Positions 37,887-47,641 of a stretch of DNA of 58,382 nucleotides are shown here, one piece after another. Within the stretch, counting starts at the first letter, position 1, and every line of letters starts with the position of its first letter. The translations under genes were made by a program, and so were the position numbers. This stretch comes from Bacteroidales bacterium (GTDB taxonomy: Bacteria > Bacteroidota > Bacteroidia > Bacteroidales > UBA932): contig JAEEUZ010000001.1 of NCBI GenBank assembly GCA_016290725.1, positions 1 to 58,382 of the forward strand, in the 5' to 3' direction. The notes under the pieces are model-generated. The model ran no database searches and was not told the DNA's origin. It was given only the letters and a program-made list of their open reading frames with translations.

Positions 37887-39140
37887 ATGAAAAAGTCAAT
37901 GATCCTCGCAGCAGCTGCTGCCCTCGCCCTTGCCGCATGCGCAAAGGTTGAGACCATCACCAACAACACCCCCGAGGCCATCGGCTTCAGCGTGTACACC
38001 GGCAAAGCCGCCACCAAGGCTGTTTCCGGTACAGACTTCAGCACCGTAACCACCGCAACCCTTCAGGCTTCCGCCAACGGCTTCGGTGTATTCGGTTACT
38101 ACACCGATGCTGCCGACTATGCAAGCAGCACCAAGGCTAACTTCATGTACAACCAGCAGGTTAAATACAGCGGCGGCAAATGGTCCTACAACCCTGTGAA
38201 ATACTGGCCCAACGAGCACGGCGCATCCGCAGTGAGCACCGACACCGACAAGCTCACCTTCCTTGCCTATGCTCCTTTCGTAGCCAATAACGCCATTGCA
38301 ACCGATAAGGGTGTTTCCATTACCGACAAGACCGGTTCCGCAGCAGCCGACGAAGGTATCATCGCCATGACCGCCAACAACGTTGCCGGCGACGCAACCC
38401 TCACCTTCAAGGTTCCCGCCTCTTCCGAAGAGCAGATCGACCTTCTCTACGGTGTTCTGGGTGCAACTTATGTCGACGTTGAAGGCAACACCATCGGCAC
38501 CGTTGGCAATCCTATGGAGAACCTCACCAAGCAGAAGACCGACGGCAAGATCAATATCCTGTTCAAGCACGCCCTCGCCAAGATCGCCATCGACATCAAG
38601 GAAGTTGTTGATGCAGAAGATCCTACCACCACCGTCAGCCCCGTTTCCGACGGTACCAAGGTTGTTGTCAAGAGCGTTAAGCTTAAGGGTACTGCAATCG
38701 GTTCCCAGGGCGACCTGAACCTTTACACTGGTGCCTGGGGCAATCTTACCACTGCTACCGAATTCACCGTAGCACCCCTTCCCGCCGCTATCTCCGTTGA
38801 CGCTGCACCCACCGCATATCCTTCAATCGCAGGTGTGGATGAGGACGGTCTTGACAAGACTGTGGACCTCATGCTCATCCCCGGTGCATCCAGCCAGATT
38901 ACCGGTGTGGAGATTGTCTACTATGTCTGCACTGAGGACCTCCAGCTCGACGGCGGCGTATCCGTGGTTGAGAACAAGATTTCCAAGGACTTCGCCACCG
39001 CTCTTTCAATCGAAAAGGGCAAGCAGTATGGCCTGAACCTCCTCCTTGGCATTACCTCCATCGACCTCACCGCAACTGTTGAGGCTTGGGATGTGATTAC
39101 TCCTGCAACCGATGTCGACCTTCCCCAGAACGTTGACTAA
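37887..39140 (+). CDS. Fimbrillin-family type V pilin 2
   Basis: LAAC, ATKA, FGVFGY, YNPVKYWP, FKHAL, VEAW; start re-called at MKKSM. Confidence 0.9.
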   Translation: MKKSMILAAAAALALAACAKVETITNNTPEAIGFSVYTGKAATKAVSGTDFSTVTTATLQASANGFGVFGYYTDAADYASSTKANFMYNQQVKYSGGKWSYNPVKYWPNEHGASAVSTDTDKLTFLAYAPFVANNAIATDKGVSITDKTGSAAADEGIIAMTANNVAGDATLTFKVPASSEEQIDLLYGVLGATYVDVEGNTIGTVGNPMENLTKQKTDGKINILFKHALAKIAIDIKEVVDAEDPTTTVSPVSDGTKVVVKSVKLKGTAIGSQGDLNLYTGAWGNLTTATEFTVAPLPAAISVDAAPTAYPSIAGVDEDGLDKTVDLMLIPGASSQITGVEIVYYVCTEDLQLDGGVSVVENKISKDFATALSIEKGKQYGLNLLLGITSIDLTATVEAWDVITPATDVDLPQNVD

Positions 39141-39151
39141 TCAATATCCTG

Positions 39152-39185
39152 CTCGGGCGGGTCTGACCGCCCGTCCGGGTGCCGA
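39152..39185 (+). repeat. Conserved intergenic GC hairpin, copy 2
   Basis: ctcgggcgggtctgaccgcccgtccgggtgccga. Confidence 0.8.
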
Positions 39186-39226
39186 TTTTTAAAATAGAAA
39201 CAAATTTATTATTTTCACAAAGCTTT

Positions 39227-40642
39227 ATGAAAAAGATCTTCACACTCGCTGCCATCGCAGCCCTCGTTCTTGCCTCTTGCGCCAAGAATGAAACTTATGT
39301 GATTGCGCCCGAACAGGATGCAATTTCCTTCGGCGCCTACAGCGGCAGGGTTCAGACCAAAGCCGGTTCCACCGACGACATGAACCTCGATGCTCTCAAG
39401 AAGGCCGACGCCGGTTTCGGCGTGTTCGCCACCTACTCCGCCACCACCGACTTCTCCGAGGCCAATGACAACTTCATGACCAATGAAAAGATCACCTGGG
39501 ACGGTTCCGCATGGTCCTACAGCCCCGTCAAGTACTGGCCTAATCCCACCAACGGCAAGGATGCAGACGCTCAGAAAGTGAGCTTCTTCGCCTATGCCCC
39601 TTATGCAAATCCCGGCGCCACCGAGACTGTGGGTATCACCGGTTTCTCCATCGACGGTACAACCAAGCACAACCTGGTTCACTACGGTTTCTCCAACGAT
39701 AAGAACACCCCTAACGTGGATCTTATGTGGGGTTACAAGACCGGCGCAGCCATTGCCACCTGGACTCTTGGCACCAACGATCCTGATTTCATCAACCTGA
39801 ACCTCACCCGCACCACCGACAAGGTTGCCTTCACTTTCAGGCACCTCCTTTCCAAGCTCGGCGGTTCCCAGGAAGGCGCAGTTACCGATCCTGAAGCTGC
39901 AGGTTATGTGGCAAACGGTCTCATCATCAAGGCAAATGCAGAGACCATCGCTCCCACCAACGGCTTCGGCGCAGATGACGGCACCAAGATCACCGTTTCC
40001 AAGCTCATCATCGAGAGTGCACCCCAGGAGGATCCCGCCGGAACCCCCGTGCTTGACGCAAACGGCAACCCCGTTGTTTACGCTACCGGCATCCAGACTG
40101 GTAAGCTGGACCTCTACACCGGCAAATTCACCCTTGATGCAGCCGCCAACCCCGTCCAGTTCAAGCAGACCATCACCAACGATCCTGCAGAGATTACCGC
40201 CGGCACTGCCGACAGCCAGCTTGCAGACCGTATCGCCGAGCCCGCTTCCTTCGCTTCCTTCGCAGCTCTTCCCAAGGGCGTGACCGCAACCGCAGTCAAC
40301 GTGTACAAGGACGAAAGCAGCCCCATCATCCTCGTTCCCGGCACCGCTCCCGTTGTCGACGTTACCATTACCTATATGGTGCGCACATACGACGCGAAGC
40401 TTCCCGGAACTTACACCGATGTTCCCCAGACCGTTTGGGGCCGCGTGAAATTCCCCACCATCGAGGAGAACAAGAAGTACAACCTTCTCATCATCCTTGG
40501 CCTGAACGATGTCAAGTTTGAGGCTTCCGTCCAGGATTGGGACACCGGTTCAACTTGGGTTGATGCCAACAACAACGGCGTTGTGGATCCCGGTGAGCTT
40601 ACCGGTTCCGATCAGCAGATTGGTCTCCCGAATAATCTTTAA
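39227..40642 (+). CDS. Fimbrillin-family type V pilin 3
   Basis: LASC, QTKA, YSPVKYWP, FAYAP, FRHLL, VQDW; start re-called at MKKIF. Confidence 0.9.
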   Translation: MKKIFTLAAIAALVLASCAKNETYVIAPEQDAISFGAYSGRVQTKAGSTDDMNLDALKKADAGFGVFATYSATTDFSEANDNFMTNEKITWDGSAWSYSPVKYWPNPTNGKDADAQKVSFFAYAPYANPGATETVGITGFSIDGTTKHNLVHYGFSNDKNTPNVDLMWGYKTGAAIATWTLGTNDPDFINLNLTRTTDKVAFTFRHLLSKLGGSQEGAVTDPEAAGYVANGLIIKANAETIAPTNGFGADDGTKITVSKLIIESAPQEDPAGTPVLDANGNPVVYATGIQTGKLDLYTGKFTLDAAANPVQFKQTITNDPAEITAGTADSQLADRIAEPASFASFAALPKGVTATAVNVYKDESSPIILVPGTAPVVDVTITYMVRTYDAKLPGTYTDVPQTVWGRVKFPTIEENKKYNLLIILGLNDVKFEASVQDWDTGSTWVDANNNGVVDPGELTGSDQQIGLPNNL

Positions 40643-40660
40643 TTTTCAATAATGCTTTTA

Positions 40661-40694
40661 TCCCGGCGGGCCTGACCGCCCACCGGGGTACCAA
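40661..40694 (+). repeat. Conserved intergenic GC hairpin, copy 3
   Basis: tcccggcgggcctgaccgcccaccggggtaccaa. Confidence 0.8.
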
Positions 40695-40714
40695 AAAACA
40701 ATAACGACACGATC

Positions 40715-41833
40715 ATGTTCGGCAAAGCGACATACAGGATACTTGCGGCGGCAGCACTGCTGCTGGCGGCAGCGTGCGCCAAGGTGGAAGTGAGCGTGCC
40801 TTCAGATAAGGTTCCCGTTCTGTTCTCCACCTACGGCCAGCGCGCCCTGACAAAGGCGGATACCAGTTACGTGGCTCCCGGTGCAGATTTCGCCGTCGGT
40901 TCCGTCGTTGGCGTGTACGGCTTCTACCACGACGCCTCTGACTGGGCCACGGAGAACGCCGCGGGCACCAACATCGCCGACTTCATGTACCACACCGCCC
41001 TCACCAAGCAGAGTAACGGTTCCTGGACATACAGCCCCATCAAGTATTGGCCCAACGAATACGGTACCGGAGCCAACAGCGTGGACGTGGATAAACTCAG
41101 CTTCTGGGGCTATTATCCCCGTAATGCCTCCGGCCTGAACCTTTACAAGAGCGGTACCACCACGGCCTACGACAACAACACCAACGGTCTTCCCAAGATA
41201 AGCTTTACACAGGCAACCGACCCGGCGAACCAGGTGGACCTCATGTTCACAACGCCCCTGCAAGACCTTTACAGGAACGATGCACAGAATCACGGGGCTA
41301 TCACCAATGGCGAAGTAACTCTTGTGTTCAAGCACGCCCTGGCACTGGTGGAATTCCAGCTTACGGAAGGTACCGGCGCCACGCTGAACACCCTGGACCT
41401 CACCAATATAAAGAAAACCGGCACCATAGAAGATCCCGGTACGGTTCCCTTCGTGTGGAGTAATGTCAGCACCGAATATACCACGCACATTGAGAACCTG
41501 AGCGTCAACGAGACCACCCTTCTCCGCCTCCTTGCGGTCCCCCAGACCATTAGCGCGGATGCTACGTTCACCCTCAACTACGACATCACCTTCGCCTCGT
41601 CGGATCCCACGCATCCGGATCCCATCGTCTACACCGGCGACTCCTTCTCGGTGAAGCTCTTCGACAACACCAACCCCGACACGTCCAAGCGTTACGGCGT
41701 AACGGAGTGGGAAGCCGGAAAGCACTACATCTACAAGATCACCGCCGGCCTGGACCGCATCGAGTTCGAAGAGATCGTTGAAGCCGGTGAGGACTGGACC
41801 GTGGGCAACGCCAACATATCAGTACCCGAGTAA
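40715..41833 (+). CDS. Fimbrillin-family type V pilin 4
   Basis: AAAC, LTKA, YSPIKYWP, FKHAL, WEAGKHYIY. Confidence 0.88.
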   Translation: MFGKATYRILAAAALLLAAACAKVEVSVPSDKVPVLFSTYGQRALTKADTSYVAPGADFAVGSVVGVYGFYHDASDWATENAAGTNIADFMYHTALTKQSNGSWTYSPIKYWPNEYGTGANSVDVDKLSFWGYYPRNASGLNLYKSGTTTAYDNNTNGLPKISFTQATDPANQVDLMFTTPLQDLYRNDAQNHGAITNGEVTLVFKHALALVEFQLTEGTGATLNTLDLTNIKKTGTIEDPGTVPFVWSNVSTEYTTHIENLSVNETTLLRLLAVPQTISADATFTLNYDITFASSDPTHPDPIVYTGDSFSVKLFDNTNPDTSKRYGVTEWEAGKHYIYKITAGLDRIEFEEIVEAGEDWTVGNANISVPE

Positions 41834-43071
41834 TGAAAAAGAGAGGAATCATACATATCTTTCCCTTGAAGGGGCTGCTGATCGCGGCCGCTGCGGTAGT
41901 CGTGGCCGCTTGCGTCAAGAACGAGATTATCGACGAGGGCAAGAAAGAGGCCATTGACTTTTCCTGGTATACCAACCGCGGCAACGCCGTAACGAAGGCG
42001 GATCCCACCTATTTCGTGGGGGATCCTACCACCACGGGAGTGGAAAGGCATCTGAACACCGGCACCAGCATGGGCGTGTTCGGATACTTCCACCCGCAGG
42101 ACCACGGCGCGGCAGGCACCTGGCAGACCGGAGCCGGCGCATACAACGCCCCGAACCTGTTCTATAACGAGCCGGTAAGCATCACCGAGAACTCCGGCAC
42201 CTATTCATACGATTACACCAACTCCCGTTTCTGGCCAAGGAACAAGCTGGACAAGATTTCCTTCATAGCCTATTACCCCTGGAACCAGCTGAACACCACC
42301 GGAGGCGCAACGGAGAACACCATCGTGGAACCCTTCCTGGACAGCCGCTCGGAGCGTCAGGGCATGGTGGGATTCTACTATGTGGTTCCGGAGGACTCCG
42401 GCGACCAGGTGGACTTCATGGTGTCCGACCTCTGCCTGGAGCAGAGCAAGGCCGTCTGGACGGACAACCACGCACAGGGCCTCACCGGCAACACCAACGG
42501 AAAGGTGAAATTCTTCTTCCACCACGCCCTCAGCCAGATCCGCGTGAAGAGCGTATTCTTTGACAAGGGCGGCAACGACGATGTGGACGTGAAGATCAAC
42601 TATATCGTCTTCAGGAACGTGGCGGTGTACGGCCAGTGCATACCCGTGCCTGATTTCAGCACCACCACCGCCACCGGACGCACCACCGTCAGGCCCACAT
42701 GGCCCGCCGGTTCGCTGGTGCCCAGGCGCCCCAACCTCACCTCCGGCGTAACCGCCGAGGTGTGCTACGATGAGGATACTCACCAGTGGAAAGTGGAGGA
42801 GTTCCTCCTGATGATCCCCCACCAGTTCTTCACCGGAGCCACCATCGAGGTGAACTTCGACGTCACCCGCAAGAAAGACGGGACAAGCGGCGAATACTAC
42901 TCGTATCTGGGCAACACCCTTTCCGCGCCCCTTACCACCACAAACGTGTACGAATGGGAGGCGGGGAAAATATATACCTATAATATTAATCTGAACCTCA
43001 GGCAGATCAAAGTCACGGCCGACGTGGTGGACTGGCTGGATGCGGGCGAAGACGTTATTATGGACAATTAA
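41833..43071 (+). CDS. Fimbrillin-family type V pilin 5
   Basis: VAAC, VTKA, RFWP, AYYP, FHHAL, WEAGKIYTY. Confidence 0.88.
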   Translation: MKKRGIIHIFPLKGLLIAAAAVVVAACVKNEIIDEGKKEAIDFSWYTNRGNAVTKADPTYFVGDPTTTGVERHLNTGTSMGVFGYFHPQDHGAAGTWQTGAGAYNAPNLFYNEPVSITENSGTYSYDYTNSRFWPRNKLDKISFIAYYPWNQLNTTGGATENTIVEPFLDSRSERQGMVGFYYVVPEDSGDQVDFMVSDLCLEQSKAVWTDNHAQGLTGNTNGKVKFFFHHALSQIRVKSVFFDKGGNDDVDVKINYIVFRNVAVYGQCIPVPDFSTTTATGRTTVRPTWPAGSLVPRRPNLTSGVTAEVCYDEDTHQWKVEEFLLMIPHQFFTGATIEVNFDVTRKKDGTSGEYYSYLGNTLSAPLTTTNVYEWEAGKIYTYNINLNLRQIKVTADVVDWLDAGEDVIMDN

Positions 43072-43083
43072 AGCGGAACACTT

Positions 43084-45231
43084 ATGAAGACTCTCAGAAT
43101 AATGACATTGCTGCTGCTGGCGGCGGCCGCCCTCTCCTGCAGGAGGGAGGAACTGCCGTACCTTGGGCTCAAGGGCTACTACAGGAGCGATGTTGAAGTA
43201 AGGGCCTCTGCGGTTCTTCCGGAGGACTGGCTTCCCATGACCAAGGCCGTGGGGGACATTACCGACATAAATAACGCGGAGCTGCAGTCCAGAGGATTCG
43301 GTGTTTACGCTTTCTATACCGGCAGCGAAGGATACTCCGCGGCCAAGGACTCGTCGGCATACAACAAGTTCGGCCTGGTTCTCAACAACCGCTGGTTCTC
43401 CTATTCCGGCGGTGCCTGGGGCAACTCCGGCAAGGCGGAGTTCTGGCCCACGGCCGACGACGACAACCTTTCCCTCTTCGCATACGCCCCGTGGGACACC
43501 TGGAACAGTGTTGTGGCATACGACGGCAAGGTTCCCACCATCCAGTACGACGCCTACGTGGCCCAGAACCTCTCCGTGAGCGAACTGTCCAAACAGAGGG
43601 ACATCCTCTGGGGAACCAACACCTCCGGCAACCCACACAAGGACATGCACAAGGACGACTACGCCACTGAGGGCACCGTGGACTTCCACTTCCGCCACGC
43701 TGTGGCCAAGGTGCGCCTGAACGTGAAGGGTTCACTGCCCGGAGAGGTGAGGAATATGACTTCGGCGGGAAGCACCAGTTCTTCCACAGGCGCGACTGGA
43801 GATGCTGAAAACGGGGCTACCACATCCTCTGTCGGTGATCCGGTGTTCGCCGTTGCGAATAATTCAACATATTACAGGCAAGGTAACAATAACAGAACAA
43901 GGTACTATCACGCAACCCAGACTCAGACAGAAACGGAAACCATAATCCAGACACGCTACCGTACAAGAACGGAGACGGCAACTGGCGTGAGATATTCTGT
44001 GAGCGGCCAGCGATATATGGTGGAAGAGGTAACGCTGAAAGGTTTCAACAAAACCGGAACGCTTGTTCTGGACAACTCCACGTCGTATTTGCCTTTGTGG
44101 ACCAATGTTACAAAATTTAACGGCTCAACTCCGGAATATGTCCTGAACAGTAGCAATGTACTTTCTCAGCCGCTTCAGTATGTATCGGCGGCTACGATTC
44201 AGAATAACTTTTCCACCTATACCGGCATTACCGAAAACCCTGCCGAAATGATGTCCGGGTACTTCCTTTATGCAATTCCAAGGGAATCTTCCTCAGGTGA
44301 CCGTATAGCCGTTACTATCGATTATCACAAGTTGAACGTTTCCGGCGCGCTCACCGCAAACCAGACCAGGCAGGTTGTTCAGAAACAGACCCGAACCATC
44401 ACCCGCACACGTACCAGATCCCGCAATTCCGAAGAGATTACGGTAACTGTGGACTACAATTATAATTACTACTGGACGAATGCATTTAATAATAATGCCA
44501 GCCATGAGTCCGACTATACCTTCTCTGCGGATTGGGGTGCATGGGGCGACTGGAGCGCCTGGAGCAATCCATCCTGGGGAGAGTGGACCGACGATTCCGC
44601 CACGGACTGGAACATCACCAGCGAATCTCTTACCGGAGCGACGGTAAACTATAATGATGACAACGCCCCGCATCTGAGCGGAGAAATCATTACCTCCCTG
44701 CAAGGCGGCCGCGTCTATGATATCAACCTGATTGTCGCGGGCGACAAGATAGAACTTGACGTGGTTCCCCGGCCGTGGGACCTCAAGGAATTCGACTTCG
44801 ACTACAACGCCAACATCAATGATGTAATCCAGGCGCTCACGTACGACTCTTCGTTTATTGATTATGCCGATGCCCATGGCAACGTTTACATCAACAACCG
44901 CATGGGCAAGTTCTACTTTAAGCTTGGCGCAGGAAAGTATGCCTCATGGCAGGCTTCACTGGTTGGCGATGCGGCATTCGGCTTCACCGACGAGAACGGC
45001 AACTTCCTTGTGGACGAGCACGGCAACCGTGTTGCATCCATCCGTAACGCCATCGACCCCGATGTGATGAATTACATTTACATCAAGCCCATCAACACGG
45101 AGGCAACCGTCACCAGCCACGCGAAGCTGAGAATCTACTACATTGACGCCACAGGCGATGCCGTGGTTGCCCTGAACCTGGTAAATATGGCCGGCGTTAC
45201 CGAATGGACCATCTGGCAGAATGCGAACTAA
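43084..45231 (+). CDS. Fimbrillin-family minor pilin 6 with Thr/Arg- and Trp-rich insertions
   Basis: ALSC, MTKA, FGVYAFY, EFWP, FAYAP, FRHAV. Confidence 0.82.
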   Translation: MKTLRIMTLLLLAAAALSCRREELPYLGLKGYYRSDVEVRASAVLPEDWLPMTKAVGDITDINNAELQSRGFGVYAFYTGSEGYSAAKDSSAYNKFGLVLNNRWFSYSGGAWGNSGKAEFWPTADDDNLSLFAYAPWDTWNSVVAYDGKVPTIQYDAYVAQNLSVSELSKQRDILWGTNTSGNPHKDMHKDDYATEGTVDFHFRHAVAKVRLNVKGSLPGEVRNMTSAGSTSSSTGATGDAENGATTSSVGDPVFAVANNSTYYRQGNNNRTRYYHATQTQTETETIIQTRYRTRTETATGVRYSVSGQRYMVEEVTLKGFNKTGTLVLDNSTSYLPLWTNVTKFNGSTPEYVLNSSNVLSQPLQYVSAATIQNNFSTYTGITENPAEMMSGYFLYAIPRESSSGDRIAVTIDYHKLNVSGALTANQTRQVVQKQTRTITRTRTRSRNSEEITVTVDYNYNYYWTNAFNNNASHESDYTFSADWGAWGDWSAWSNPSWGEWTDDSATDWNITSESLTGATVNYNDDNAPHLSGEIITSLQGGRVYDINLIVAGDKIELDVVPRPWDLKEFDFDYNANINDVIQALTYDSSFIDYADAHGNVYINNRMGKFYFKLGAGKYASWQASLVGDAAFGFTDENGNFLVDEHGNRVASIRNAIDPDVMNYIYIKPINTEATVTSHAKLRIYYIDATGDAVVALNLVNMAGVTEWTIWQNAN

Positions 45232-45232
45232 A

Positions 45233-47635
45233 ATGAAAGGAACGATGAAAAGCATATTCAAAGTAATGACAGCCCTGCTGCTCCCGCTCCTTTTCTGGAC
45301 TGGATGCGGAAGGGAATCCATACCTGAAGCGGGAATTCCGGACCATTGCATAGAGATAACCCTCAGCGGCCTGAATCCTGTGCTTTCCACCAAGGCCAGC
45401 AGCCGTGGTGACGATGCATACAATGAGAATCTCGTCAAAAGTGTCGACTGCTTCTTCTACCCTAACGGTGCAACCGGTTCCAACGCCGTATTCTCCGCCC
45501 TTGGCCGAGGCGCAGATCCTGTTGCCGAAGGAGACAGCACCGTCTATAAAGTAAAGGTCTTTTTCACTGACGCCGACGCCATGAGGATGTTCGGGGACAG
45601 AAATTCCGGTACTTGTGAGCTGTACGTTATCTGCAACGCGCCTCTGAGCTATGACCTTAATCATTCCTCCGTAAGTGAACTGAAGGAACTGGTGGTGGAA
45701 AACGATTTCACGGCCCAGACAGTTCAGGGCAGTTTTGTGATGTCTGCCGATGAAACGTCCACCGTTACCCTTACTACCGACGCAAACGACAACAGGACAG
45801 CCCGCGGGCGCATCAAGGTTTCCCGCGCCGCGGCAAAGATACAGTTCTTTCTTCTTATTCCGGACGAGTTTGTGGATGAATCAAACCAGATGTGGGAACC
45901 GGTACTGGATGCCGGTATAGGCATAAGCATGTCCAACGCCGTGAAGAAGGGAAAAGTTGATGGAGATTACACTGTGCAGGCGGCCGATTATATATCCTAT
46001 GGATCAAGGGCGTTGACTGCTCTGGGCGCAGGAGAGGTCGTTACCGGACATGAGGAATACAAATACACCCACGTACCGTTCTACTCTTACCCTTGTGCCT
46101 GGAGCGATCTGAGTGATTACGCCGCCACGGTTGTGTTCCGTATAGCATGGAGAATCCAGGGCGAACAGGACTACCAGTGGAAGAAGTATCAGCTCAGCCC
46201 CAATATCTCCACACTGGATCTTAAGCGAAACCAATACTACCGCACATTCGTGAATGTGCGCTCGCTGGGTGGTGCCGACAAGGAGAGCTTAATCATTATT
46301 CCTGACTGCGATTACGAGATCATTCCCTGGATGAACGAAGGAGCATCGGCCGGGCAGGGCCTGGTCCCGGGAGAACTGGTTAGGTACAAGTACCTTGTAA
46401 TAGACCACCCGGAGCAGACCATCAACAATGAGCCTAAAGTTTATTTTTCATACGTCAGCAGTTCCCCTATCGCTTCCGTCAGAATTAATACTATCAAGTA
46501 TTACGTAAACGCAAACGCCAATCCTGAGACTACACAGAATGTAAACAGGACTGTTACGGCGGATAGCCAGGATATCAGCACAAATGCCGGAACCATTACC
46601 GTAGATAAATCCAATCCCGGATATGTGACATTCCAGCATTCGCTGAACAATATGTACAGCGCCCTCACAATATATGCAACCATCACAAACGAAGATGGCT
46701 GCTCACAGGATGTGGAAGTTGAGCAGAATCCTTCCATCAGTCTTTATCGTAAGGCCAAATCCGGGGACGTCTTCGTGAACGGTTATTTTGCCCGTGTTGC
46801 CAATTCTCCTTTCGGTACCAGATTTAGTCAGGGAGGCAATTATTATTACAGGGATCCCAGGTCTACCTACAACAACTCCAATGCGGTTACTATGCCCAAC
46901 CCTTCAAGGGATTATGGCGCAACCATTTATGCTGGAGCAACCTCCGGTAGTCTGTCCACTTACTATACTACCGAAGTCCGCATCTCTTCATTCAATACGG
47001 GCAATAACAAGTACACATATACATACGGAGGCAGTGAGCATACGGAAGTGTACCGTATCGGAGATCCCCGCAAGACCACAGAAGAAGTCTACGGCTCTTC
47101 CTGGTCGCTGCATCCTTACCTGTATTACAATAACACGACCCAAGGCGCAAATGATGCCTGGCAGGAGCCTCTTAAGATTCTCACCACATCACAGAATGCG
47201 GAAGACCAGAATATAGTGGCTCCAAAGTTCCTGGTATCATCCTCTTTGAACGCTATGCTCACCTCTAATCTGCCTACATTCGACCAGGCAGTCTCCCGAG
47301 CCGCGGTTTATCAGGAAACAGGATATCCTGCAGGAAGATGGAGAATCCCGACCGAGGCAGAGATGGCTTTCATTGTGGCCCGGCAGCAGGATGGCACTAT
47401 CCCGGACCTCTATGTATCAGGTTCCGACTATTGGTCCGGCAGCGGAAGACTTATGAGTATTTCAAATTCCGGAACAAAAATCACCATGAAAGACGGAAAC
47501 GGAGACAAACAGTCTGTGCGTTTCGTCTACGACCTCTGGTATTGGGGTGACGATGCCTCTACCACCAATGTATATCATCCCAACGGCCATCTCTACGACT
47601 ACGATGCTACCGGCAATGCAACACTGATAAGATAA
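45233..47635 (+). CDS. Type V tip/minor pilin lipoprotein with C-terminal GRWRIPTEAE (DUF1566-like) domain
   Basis: WTGC, STKA, RAAAKI, FYSYP, LKRNQYY; start could be 45221, 45233 or 45245. Confidence 0.75.
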   Translation: MKGTMKSIFKVMTALLLPLLFWTGCGRESIPEAGIPDHCIEITLSGLNPVLSTKASSRGDDAYNENLVKSVDCFFYPNGATGSNAVFSALGRGADPVAEGDSTVYKVKVFFTDADAMRMFGDRNSGTCELYVICNAPLSYDLNHSSVSELKELVVENDFTAQTVQGSFVMSADETSTVTLTTDANDNRTARGRIKVSRAAAKIQFFLLIPDEFVDESNQMWEPVLDAGIGISMSNAVKKGKVDGDYTVQAADYISYGSRALTALGAGEVVTGHEEYKYTHVPFYSYPCAWSDLSDYAATVVFRIAWRIQGEQDYQWKKYQLSPNISTLDLKRNQYYRTFVNVRSLGGADKESLIIIPDCDYEIIPWMNEGASAGQGLVPGELVRYKYLVIDHPEQTINNEPKVYFSYVSSSPIASVRINTIKYYVNANANPETTQNVNRTVTADSQDISTNAGTITVDKSNPGYVTFQHSLNNMYSALTIYATITNEDGCSQDVEVEQNPSISLYRKAKSGDVFVNGYFARVANSPFGTRFSQGGNYYYRDPRSTYNNSNAVTMPNPSRDYGATIYAGATSGSLSTYYTTEVRISSFNTGNNKYTYTYGGSEHTEVYRIGDPRKTTEEVYGSSWSLHPYLYYNNTTQGANDAWQEPLKILTTSQNAEDQNIVAPKFLVSSSLNAMLTSNLPTFDQAVSRAAVYQETGYPAGRWRIPTEAEMAFIVARQQDGTIPDLYVSGSDYWSGSGRLMSISNSGTKITMKDGNGDKQSVRFVYDLWYWGDDASTTNVYHPNGHLYDYDATGNATLIR

Positions 47636-47641
47636 GAGCCC

